Source: a virus
Taxonomy: Duplodnaviria; Caudoviricetes
Strand: one strand, 5' to 3'
IMG/VR virus record: IMGVR_UViG_3300013947_000019
Coordinates: 32,001 to 96,000 of that record
Length of the DNA stretch: 64,000 bases
Below, piece after piece: positions 37,624 through 48,900 of the stretch (position 1 is its first letter; the number at the start of each line of letters is the position of its first letter). Below the pieces are notes generated by a model, which did no database searches, was not told where the DNA came from, and worked only from the letters and a program-made list of their open reading frames with translations. Position numbers and translations under genes: made by a program.

Positions 37624-40600
37624 AGTACGAGATTTTGTCGCCCGGGGCAATAACGTCCTCATACTCAATATAGAAGTCGATCATTACGCCATCGGGTAGT
37701 TTAACACCCTTCACTTTGCCCTGTCCATCGGGTTCAAGTCTCTCAGCAGGTTTTGTAATCGTATTCGCATCATAGAGATTCTCATACTTTTCAATAACCT
37801 TTTCGCGCTTTCTATTTGCACTTGAGAAACCTTCAACAATCTTGCGAAGAGTGGGAGTCATTTCATTTGGATCAGCTGTATAATAAATACGAATATCTGC
37901 AATCTTTCCACTATACTTACTGACCACTGGTGCTGTTCCTGCAATCACTTCATCTTCATCTCCGGCTTCAGCAGCCATTGTCTGAAGCATCATAGAAGTG
38001 AATTCATCTTGTGTATCATCAAAGCTGATTAAAATGCTGTTTGTTGCAACATTATCACCAACTTTAACCATAGATTTAATATTAGCATACTTAGACAAGA
38101 TTACTCGTTTCTGCATAGTAATCTTGGTAGCCATTCTATGAGCCAGATCATCAGTGATATAACAAGAGTCTTCAAAAACACCACCATTGGTTTCTACTGC
38201 AATACGAGCCATAGTACCCATAGATGCCAAGTAATCACCAAACATATCGTTTGTATTGATATATTTAGGATCGTATGCTAATAATGTAGAGGCTTTAAAT
38301 TCAGAACCAATCTGCAGATCATTAGCAACGAACATCTGATTCATTACATAGAAACCACCATCCGTATTCTTTGCAGGTCTCTTAGAAAGATCAATATCAT
38401 CATATGTACCATCTACATATTGTACAATCATGATATCATCTTTAATATCAATAACCTTACCATCCTTCTTAGCACTACGTGCATAATCAGAGGAAAGATA
38501 AGGCATCAGACGTTCAGCATCATAAGAGACAGGGCAAGAACAACTGGATGCAACAGGGACCACATGCTTAGATTGAGATAGAGACATGGCAACACGCTCA
38601 ATATCAGCAGACTCAGGACCAAAAGCTTGCATTAACTCACCAGGAGTAGCAAGCTCGGTTGCTGTATAGTCTTCTTTATCGACAGTGATAAAACCACGTG
38701 CATCATCGATATTTGCATTGGTAGACATATGACGACCAATACCAACTTTACCAGAAGGAGTAGAGTTCATACCGACAACGCCCTTCATCGAAGGATGATA
38801 TGCACGTTTCTCAATCGTGAAAGAGTGCTCTTCATTCATACCAGAAGGACCCTTCAGTTTAATCAGTCGATCATTCTCCATCTCAAGTACAATATTTAAT
38901 TCAGAATGAGGGTCAACGATATCGGAAGTCAGTAAGTACTTGATAATAGCATTCTCGGGGATAGAGAACTTATCAGTCTTACCAAGTCGATATTTACCCC
39001 AAGCTTCAGCCAGTTCACAATATAACTGTGCCATAATGATTTCATTACTACGAATACGTGCATTATGATAATCAGAGTCAATCTGATAATGGTTATCAGC
39101 TAAGACACCATTACAATACAACATCAGTCGAGTGAAATCAGTTGGCATCTTCAGTCTGACCAGAACTTCCATTGTAATAGGATCAATGAAGCAGTAATAG
39201 AAGTTTCTCAGTGCATCAGCAAGAGTCTTACTATTAAACATGGAATCAAAGATTTGTACATATGCATCATATGTATCCATATCATAGAAGGAATAGTTCT
39301 TAGTCGGGAAAGTACTTAAACCATTCAGAAGCAACGAGTTTTCAAAAGGATATCGATCATAGATTAAATATCCATCATCAAACTGAACTAATCCCTGATT
39401 GTTAGGATCATAATCAGTAGGTTTCTTCTGTAAGAAATCAAACTTGATCTTAGCCTTCTGAAGAACTGCAGTTAAACCACCAGGATCAGCAGCAGCACAA
39501 ACAAGTACCAGAGGAACATCCATCTTCATAACTCGAGAACGAGAATAGATAAACTTAGAACTGCTGGAAAGAGAATCAAGTTCTTTCTTTAAACCAGAAT
39601 CATACCACCCAATTACCTCAGTAATGAATTCAGAGAGCTCACCATAATCATTACCCTTTTCATCATACACTTTATTAGTACGACCAGATAAGCAGAATTT
39701 AGTTCCTCCAGAAGCAGGACCCTTATTACCGGATCGTACTGCTAAAGGAATTAGAGATTCGGGATCTTCTTTATGCTTTGTATAAACAGGCTTAAACTCC
39801 TTCATATCGATGACCATATTAGCATCATCTACTATGAAGAAAATCTTCGTATGATCCTTACCTGTACCAATTGTAGCCTTCGTTACGGCTGTACCAATTT
39901 CATCATACTCCATAGTAGTCAGGTAATTCTTATTTGGAATCGTACAGTCACCTTTGGTTACAATAATACCAGGAGGACAACTGGGACCACCAAGAAGTTT
40001 CTTGATACGAGTAATACGAGGAGACAGATTAGAACCATATCGAGAAGAAATGATCTTCTTATAAGAAGTAACTGCCTGACAAGAATCTGGAGAGATCTTA
40101 GTAACAGGATAAGGAAGCTTCTGATGAGAGATATTCATCTTCTGATCATTCAGATAGAGATACCGATCCTCATACATCTTAGGAAGCAGGAATGAGAACT
40201 TATGTCTCTTACGAGTCTCATCTTCAAAAGAGACAGTATATCGAATCATACGATCAGTAGCCGTAGATACATCTTCTACTTCAATATCTTTATTAATATA
40301 CATAGCCGGATGCACATGGCTAAAATGCATCAGAATATTAACCAGATCATTCATCATTAAGTTTTCATTATATGCAGCTTCAAACTCTTGAGAACGAACA
40401 GTTTTCATATCATCATTGATTGTATGAATAGGAGGTTTTGTAACTGGAATAGCAGTCTTCTTTTCGGCTTCCAGAATTGTACGGAGAGGCACATTACCGA
40501 TATTAGTTTCTTTATACTTCTCCTTCATAATCTGGTCACGTTTATAAGAAGCTACCGTTTTACCAGTTGCTTTAGCTCCCAGGATTACATCGACATCTTC

Positions 40601-41779
40601 GGGATCTTCAATCACAACATCAGGCATTTCAAATTCACCCATGTCGACATCCATCTCGAATTCATCATCAATAATATCTTCACCAGAAGGTTCATCGATT
40701 TCTTCTACTTCTCTTTCTTCATCGAAATCATCAATCTTCTCTTTCTTTTGACCAAGTAAAGTTGGCTCTTCTTCAACCTTAGTCGGCTTTTCTGTCTTAG
40801 TGATATTTTTACGAACCACTTTCTTGACTTCAGCTTTCTTTTCAGGAGCCACAGTATCAGGATCCGTATTCATATCAGTTAAGATCTTTTCAGTAGCCAG
40901 ATCTTCCTTAGACTCCTCTTCGGCCTTCTTCATCTTTTGATCAATGATCTTATCGGCTTTGAGTTCTTCTGGAGTGGAAGTCTCCTTTGTTCTCTTAGCT
41001 CGCATCATAAACTCATGAAGAGTTTTAGTCATATCAAAATCTTCTGAAAGTTTGGTAGTATCAATAGGTAATACATATACACCATGTACGAAATATAGTT
41101 TATGAAATCTCGTATATACAGCAGGATCACATAATTGACGAGCCAATTGCTGACCAAACTGAGTAGCGTTTGGTCTAAAAATCAAATTGATATTATTATA
41201 GGAAGCTGTAGTAAAATACAGATCCATAGGAACAATCACATGACATTCATAATCGCCAAGATAGTTTTCCACACTACCAACCTGAGCAGATTTATAAACT
41301 CTCGTATATTCAGAGATAACCTCTCTTGTCTTAACAGACATCAACCTGGTATCTCTTGGATTATTCAGAATTGCTTGTGAAGCATAATTCGTTTCAACTA
41401 ATACATTGAAATTCTTCAGAGGTCTCATCTTAGCATTTGCTAAATAAGATGTGATACCATCGATATTCTTAAGGTTCTTCGTTTTATTATTATTGAGTAA
41501 TGCAGTTACAGACCCATCTTCATCCGGATGAATGATCTGAAGTCCAGCCCCTCTGAAATTATGACTCCACTTTTTATCAATAAAATATTTCCATAAGTTA
41601 CGGAAAAGAAGTGTTGGATTTTTATCCAACCATTTTAATTCATCTTCAATAGAAGGAGCAAGTACCATAAAGGCCATGTTCTTCTTTCGAGCTTTCGGGT
41701 TTTCGGGCATAATGACCGGTGGTCTGGTCTTATATGTGATGAAAGGCTCAAGTGCCTGGAGCTTAATCATCTTGATCAC
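37624..41779 (-). CDS. Phage multisubunit RNA polymerase beta subunit, exon 1 (probably virion RNAP)
   Basis: YLYLNDQKMNISHQ, KGPSGM...RAYHPS..G....STP.G.VG, RVAMSLSQSKH, FEDS, GDK motifs matching RpoB; long N-terminal extension with an acidic linker. Confidence 0.92.
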
Positions 41780-41921
41780 CGTTCCTTTCTATTTAAATTC
41801 TACATATTTACCAACGTGATAATAATAGAACCCATAATATAATAGGGTTAAGCGCTATGTCTGTATATTATATCAGTGTTCAGATCATGAAAAGAGACTA
41901 TTTATTTTCTACACTTTTACA

Positions 41922-41933
41922 GACATTACAATA
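41922..41933 (+). promoter_or_regulatory. Late promoter
   Basis: GACATTACAATA. Confidence 0.55.
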
Positions 41934-41940
41934 ATTTATC

Positions 41941-42267
41941 ATGCAGATAAAAGGAGTTTTTGATATGAGTGTCGATATTAAAGCGATGATTATGAAGAAG
42001 CAAAATGACAAGTTGAAGTCTTCAAAACTTGTTATGAAGGATATCAATCGAGAGTTGATTACAGCATTGATTGCATTACCGGTTTATGGTAAAGAAGTGC
42101 GTGATGAGGAGATTTTAACCATTATTATTAATGGCGGTATCGAACCTCCTCGTATGGATAAAATTCGTTCTGACTTCAGTAAGAGGTTGGATAAACAGGA
42201 AGTTAAGAAGGTCAAAGGTGAATATAGAGATAATGACGGCTTCCTGGTTCTCGTTCCCCGAGCATAA
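41941..42267 (+). CDS. Small hypothetical protein
   Basis: SD AAGGAG supports ATG 41965; C-terminal RDNDGFLVLVPR motif. Confidence 0.7.
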   Translation: MQIKGVFDMSVDIKAMIMKKQNDKLKSSKLVMKDINRELITALIALPVYGKEVRDEEILTIIINGGIEPPRMDKIRSDFSKRLDKQEVKKVKGEYRDNDGFLVLVPRA

Positions 42268-42291
42268 TTAATATTATACTTTAGAAGGAGT

Positions 42292-42792
42292 GTGTACGTA
42301 ATGGCTAATAAGGTTGAGGCGAATGTCGCCAAGATGGTGGAGGAGCTGAAGAAGAATCCCTCTGCTCGTTTCAGTAAGTCCGACTTCCAGGCTCTGGTGT
42401 ATGCGGTCCTGGCTGATAAGGATTTCGATACCAAGAAGTATGTGATTAAGAATGATGAGATCATCGAGCAGCATACTTCTCTGAATGATGCTATGAAGAA
42501 GTTTATGGATAAGCTTCTGAAGCATGCGCAGATGTCTGATTCTGCTGAACGTGCTGCAGTGATCGACAGCTTTGAGTTTGGTCCTCGTGATGTTGAGTGG
42601 ATTACTGATGCTGTTGATGAGGCTATGTATCAGTACAGCGAATGCGGCAAGAATATGCGTATGTTCCGTGATAAGATGCTGCAGCTGTCTGTGAAGAAGA
42701 TGGTTCGCTCCGGCAAGTCTGCTGGTAAGATTACATATAAGAAGTCTGTTGTAGACAGAGCTGTTGCTCTGAAGAAGAGAACGGACAAGTAA
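42292..42792 (+). CDS. Abundant small protein, possibly DNA-binding
   Basis: Optimised codons; ATG 42301 is the likely start; basic C-terminus. Confidence 0.75.
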   Translation: MYVMANKVEANVAKMVEELKKNPSARFSKSDFQALVYAVLADKDFDTKKYVIKNDEIIEQHTSLNDAMKKFMDKLLKHAQMSDSAERAAVIDSFEFGPRDVEWITDAVDEAMYQYSECGKNMRMFRDKMLQLSVKKMVRSGKSAGKITYKKSVVDRAVALKKRTDK

Positions 42793-42882
42793 ATTTGCTA
42801 TTCAGGAAACCAAAATGGTTTGCGCTTCCCATTTTGGTGGATTTGTTGCTGTTCATATCGAACCCTCCGGTTAGAGAAGATT

Positions 42883-42906
42883 AGGTACCCTTCGGGGTAC
42901 CTTTTC
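42883..42906 (+). terminator. Intrinsic terminator with cUUCGg tetraloop
   Basis: AGGTACCC-TTCG-GGGTACCT followed by TTTC. Confidence 0.85.
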
Positions 42907-42943
42907 TTCCCTCTCTTTTTCTCACACCTATTTAAATAGGGTC

Positions 42944-42955
42944 AACATCCATATA
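42944..42955 (+). promoter_or_regulatory. Late promoter
   Basis: AACATCCATATA upstream of the 3114-aa gene. Confidence 0.65.
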
Positions 42956-42983
42956 ATCTAACACCCGGAAAGGCGGTGAGAAA

Positions 42984-45900
42984 ATGGCTAAAGTGGATAG
43001 AAGTACTCGTGAAATTAATCAGCGAGTAAAACGTGCAGTGGGCAATACTTCTAAGAGAGCTAGCAATGCTGGCAAAATGTTTTTACATGTAGGAGGAGAG
43101 TTCTTAAAGACGAACTTTCCTACCCCTTTTGCTTTTGTGGAAACCAATAAAGATGTATTGGACTCTACTGCAAAATTCTTACGTAATCCTGTAGATAATG
43201 TAAACAGACAGATCAACCGGGCGTTAGCTACTGATGATTTCAAAGCCTTATCTAAACTGGCTAAGAATACATTAGCAGACCTCAAGAGCGGTAACTATTA
43301 TGATCCTGAGAGGCATCGTGATGCTGCATCGGAACAGATGGATGCTGCTATGGCTGAACTTGATAATTTTGATTTCGATTTCGGCGGCTTTGATCTTAGC
43401 GATTTCGATGAGAATGGTGACTGGGTAGATAGTTCTGATGATGCTGCTAAGGCTGATGTAAATACACAGCTTAAAGTTGCATATCTACAAAATGCAAAAG
43501 ATGATGCACGTACAACAGCAACTGTCAATGCAATTGTAGGTGGAACTCAAGCTCAGATTCAGAATGATAATGCCAATGCTCAGGTTAATATTCGTATGAT
43601 GCTCAAGCAACACTCTGAAATGATGCAAACTCAAGAGAGTTTGATTCAGGGTCAGCAAGCTACATTCGAATTAATTTCTAAATCTTCTGAAGCTCATGCC
43701 AATCTCTTCCGAGAAGCTCATAATCAGGTAATGGGTAAATTTGATACTACAATCGAATTACTTAAGAAGATTGAAGTTAATACCCAGAAGCCTGTTAAGA
43801 CTGAGAAGAAGAGAAAAGAAACTGAAGATATCTTTGGTACTAATGGTGAGCTGAATCTGAAAGCTTATGCAAAAGCTGTCAAGAAGAATATCAGTGATAA
43901 GATGTTCAGTCTACCGATTGGTGTCGGTGGTGTTATGGGCTTACCATTTAGTCAGATTATTGAAACTTTTGGTGATAACCCGATTGACAGCCTACTGCAG
44001 TTAGCTCTTAGTGCAGCTATTCCAAAGGGTACGAGATATCAGATGGAACGTACCAATAAGAATATGCAAGGATTCTTACCTGCTCTTATGCAGAAGATGA
44101 CTGAACGTGGTCGTCTCTATGAAACTGGTAAGAGTAATAAGAAATTTGATATGCTTATGGGTCTTCTTGCTCCAAGTCAGGAATCCAAGACCGGTATCAG
44201 TACCAGAAATAGTGATTATCTGAAGGCTGCACAGATTACCAATAAGACGGTACGAGCTATTGAGGAAGTCATCCCTATGTGGCTTTCTCGTATTGACTCA
44301 CATCTTACTGGCGGTCCAATGATGGTTTATGACTATGAACGTGGACAGTTAGTAAATGCTGGTAAAGTTATTGCTGAGAATGAACGTTATAATCGTAATA
44401 TCGCCAAGAATATTGATGGGTATTATGAAGTAGCCAGCAGAGCTAAGAATTATAAGTTTAAGAATGAAGGAGATCAGAAAGCTTTCTTAGACTTTGTATA
44501 TAGATTCTTCCAGAATGCTGGTGAAAATGATAAGTTCATCAATCCTTGGGGAGATATGAAGAATCTGATGAGGGATATGGATGTCCCTGAAGGGTCCAAT
44601 TATGATAATATGCTTATGGCTATTCTTCGTAACTTGAATCCTGATCAGAGTAAAGTAAAGGGTGCCAATAAAGCTGCTATTCTTCAAATGAATAGTAGTA
44701 TTGCTAATGCTCGCAGAAGACGTAATGATACGAACTTTAGAGTAAATCGAGATCTTGCTGAAAGTGGGCTAATTGGTGCTTGGTCCTTTATGGATGAGAC
44801 CAGTAGAAATGCTATCATTGGTAAAGCTATGAGTCAACATGATGAGCTTTCTGATGAAGATATTGAGAAGATCAGTGAACAAAGAAGAAAAGCTCTGTTA
44901 AAGAATGGTGGAGTTAACGCCTCCAATGTTCTTCTTGCTGATATTCTGAAAACACTTCGTTCTGGTATTATTACTTATAGCACTTCACTAAAGGGTTCAC
45001 CTGAATCTATTCCGGATTATGTGAAGGAAAAGATTAAGGTTAAGAGATCTCGTACAATTACTCCTGGTACAGTTGGTGGACGTGCAACTTCTATCAATGA
45101 TCCTGCAACACAGGCTGTTGATGAACTATACGCGAATACGATGTCTCTGGAAGAGCTTATGACTCAGCAGGGAAATCTGTCATATGATAAAGATGAGGAT
45201 GCGCGTCAGAGAGAAATTGAACGTCTTCGCAAGGAAGGTAAGGATCCTACAAACCGTTATAATGATACTCTCCGAGATAAGAGTAAGTATTATAAGAAAG
45301 CTTTCGAAGAATCCAATTTTGGTAAGCTTGTCGCTACGGTCAAAGCAACTGCAGAGAATCCTTTTAAGTTAGTTAATAGTGCTCTTCAGATGGTAGATGA
45401 CATGATGTACAAAACTCTGTTCGGTACAGATGCTCTTAAGGATGGAGAAGAAGATGGTCCTATCGATCCTAAAGATTCTCCTTCCATTCTGAAGACTACT
45501 ATGAATATCATTGCTAAACAATTCAATCAACTCTCTGGATTTGTCAATAGTACATTTAAGAGGATTGATGATTATCTGTTTGCTCCTGAACATGGCCTGT
45601 TTTCTAAAGCTATGAAATCTCTTGGCGAAATGCTTGGATTTGGTGAGCTGAAAGATAAGGCTATGGACAAGGCTAAGAATGTTCGTGACAAGATCAAGAA
45701 CAAAGTTGTTGGTACCAAGGGTGAAGATGGTAAGTATTCCGGAGGTTGGGCTTCTAATCTTGTAAATAACTACAAGGAAGGTAAAGATGATCTGGAAGGT
45801 ACCATTAAGGGTGCTATCAACAAGATGCTCTATGGTGACTATGCTGCCAGTAAGGGTAAGTTTGAAGGCTTTGTTGTTGATGAACAAGGTAATGCTACTC

Positions 45901-48900
45901 AGAAGAAGGATTATGGCGGAGTTATTGGTAAGATTCGTAAGTCTTTTGATGGCCTGAATGATTTCCTCTTCGGAGAAGGCACTGCTGATGATAAGGATCG
46001 TTCCAAAGCTAAGTGGAAGAAAGTTAAGGGTGCTTTTAAAGAAGCTGCTCCTAAGATGACTGCTGGTGCTGGCATCGGTGCTATTACTGGTCTCTTCCTT
46101 CCTGGTGGACCTATCCTTGGTGCAATTCTTGGTTCCATGACTGGATTAGTTTCTGGTTCTTCTGAACTGAAGAAATATCTCTTTGGTGAGTATAGCGATG
46201 AAATGGAAGACGTTATTGATCCAGAAACCGGAAAGGTTGCCACTGATTGGAAGGGTAATAAGAAACAGAGAAGAAAGCAAACTAAATCTGGTATCTTTAG
46301 TAGAGAACTCCAGGATGGTGTGAAGAAGATAGTTCCCGCCAGTATCCTTGGCGGTATTGGTGGTAAACTTGCTGGTGGTAGCATTGTATCTCTCGGTGCT
46401 AAGATGGGTATTCTTCCCGCAACTACCAGTTTACTTCCATTCACTATCCTTGGTGTTGGCGCTGGACTGCTCTCTACTTCTGATGAGTTTAAGAAGATGA
46501 TCTTTGGTGATTCTGAAGATCCTAAGTCTGGATTAATTTCTAAGGATTTTAGAGAAAAAGCATTAAAGACAGTTAAGAAGGTTGCACCTTCTGCTTTAGG
46601 TGGTGCAGCTATTGGTAAGGGCATGGCTCTTGCTATGGGACATCTTGGTATCTTCCCTGGTTTGATGCTTGGTCCTGGCGGTCCTATCATGGCTACGCTT
46701 GGTGCTATTACTATGGGTAGTCAGGCTGATAAGATTAACAAGTTCTTATTCGGTGAAGAGACTGAATCTGAAGTTGATGAGAAAGATAGTGAAGGTAATG
46801 TAATCGGTAAGAAGAAAGTGAAGAAACGCGAAGGTGGTGTCTTCGGTAAGGCTTATGATTACATGAAGGATAAGGTTATGGAACCGATTGCCAAGGGTAT
46901 GAACAATGTAGTTAAAGGTATTGGTAATTGGTTTAAGGAAGATATCCTCGGCCCTCTTGGTAGATCTATCGAACCTCTGAAGGATAAGTTGAAAGAGGCT
47001 GGCGCTTCTATCAAGGAATCTCTATCTAATATTGGTAATAGTATTGCTACTGGTATTACCAGAGCTCTTGGTATTGTTCCTGAAGATCAGGATATGAAAA
47101 CCTTCTGGGAGAAGAATGTTAAAGGTAAGTTGAAGCAGACTTTTAACAATCTTTTCAGTGGTCTTGGTAAACTGATCGGTAAGATCTTATCTGCTCCGTT
47201 TAAGGCTCTTGAATCTATTGTTCGTGGATCCACTCAACCTGGTGAAGAGGATGATGGTTTAGGAGATGGAACTGGAGCTCCCAAGAAGAAAGGTCTTTTT
47301 GGAAGATTCAATGACAGTTTCAATAAGTGGAGAGATAAGAGTAGAAAGAGGCGATTCCAGAGAGCTGGTGAGAATCTTGGTAATGCTTTTAAAGATTCTG
47401 GTTCTCATTTAGAAGATATCGGATACCGCTTTGCTGACTATGCCGATACTGCAGCGACTGGTGCTGCTGTTGGTATGAATAAAGTTGGCGGAGCGCTGTC
47501 TCGTATCTTTGGTGGTAAGAATAATCCTGTGCAAGCTGCTACTACGAGTACTGCTGCAGCAACTGGATTTACTATGGCTCAGTTACAAGCTATGCCTGTG
47601 GCTGATGCTATTCAGAATATTCAGAAGAAACAGTCCCAGGGTATTCCTTTAACTCCTGCAGAGCAGTCCTTTATGTCTGCAAACTGGAGAAAGGTAAAAG
47701 GTAATACTACAGTTACTCAGAATCGTACAATCAATCAAACGATTAAAGATTCTGCAGATAACAAAGAATCTGAGACTGATTCTGAAGATACTAAGATGTC
47801 TAGAGCAGATCGCAGAGCTGCTAAGGCTGAAGCTAAGGAAGAGCGAAGAGCTAAGAAGAAATCTGCTTCCTGGGCTAAAGATAACCATGATAACATCAAG
47901 AAGATGTCCAAAAATACTGCTAAGATCTATGACGAGATCAGAGGTCAACTCGGTGGTCTTGGATGGAATGTAGCTTACATTAAGACACTTCTTGAGTTAC
48001 AGTATGGTCCTTTAAATAATGACCAATTACCCGAGGAGATGGAAGGTTCTACTAAGTCTGTACGTAAGAAGCGCGACTTCTTCGGTAAGATGAGAGATAA
48101 AGCTTCTGATATCTTCCATGGTATTGGTGATAAGCTCGGAGATCTCAAAGATGCTATCTTTGGTGATCGTGATAAATCTGGTAAGGGTAAAGGTGGTGGA
48201 GGTCGAGGAGGTATTAAAGCCATTCTTCGATTAGTATTTACACCTTTCCGAATCCTTGGTAAGGCTGCTGGATTTATTGGTGATCGTATTAGTGATCTAT
48301 TCGATGTTCTTGGTGTAGCTGTTAAGAGTGGCGTACAATTAATTGGTGATGCACTTCATACTGGTGCGCAGCTAATTGTTGGTGCTGCTAAGGGTATTGG
48401 TTCTGCTCTTGGTGATGCTGCTGCTCTGTTCATTGGTACTATTAAAGATATCGGATTAAGTCTCACTGCGATGATCCGAGGTACACTACAATTCTTATCC
48501 GATACGATTCCTGCACTGGCTGCTGATGTAATTCATGCTGGTGTTGGATTAGCTAAGGGTATTGGTAAGGGTGTAATCAAGGGTGCTAAATGGATTGGCT
48601 CTGGTATCAAGGGTATTGGAACTAAGATCAAGAATCGTCGTGATAAGAAGAAAGGTATTACTACACAGACAAAGATCGAACGAATTGGAACTTTCCAAAT
48701 TGCTGGTGGATACGTCGATGATTCTGGTACTACCTTCCCGATGATCGGTGATAAGTTAGCTCCTCAGCCAGTACCTATTGTTAGCATGTTCAAGGGTAAG
48801 GCGCATGGCTCTATTCCGTATGCTATTCCAGTATATGTTGCAAATGATTCTATTCCTGCAACTATCAAGAATATGATGAAGGGTGATAAGGATGATAATC

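Noticed and set aside
37622-37624. Possible stop-codon recoding (TGA after GDKISY; truncated NrdD)
   Set aside because: Both truncations are explained by group I introns with in-frame second exons; other genes end normally at TAA/TGA/TAG.
38675-38712. DDARGFITVDK in RNAP beta as another copy of the shared motif
   Set aside because: Lies at the position of the conserved RpoB core segment (NEYGFLETP-like), so it is structural homology rather than a terminal tag.
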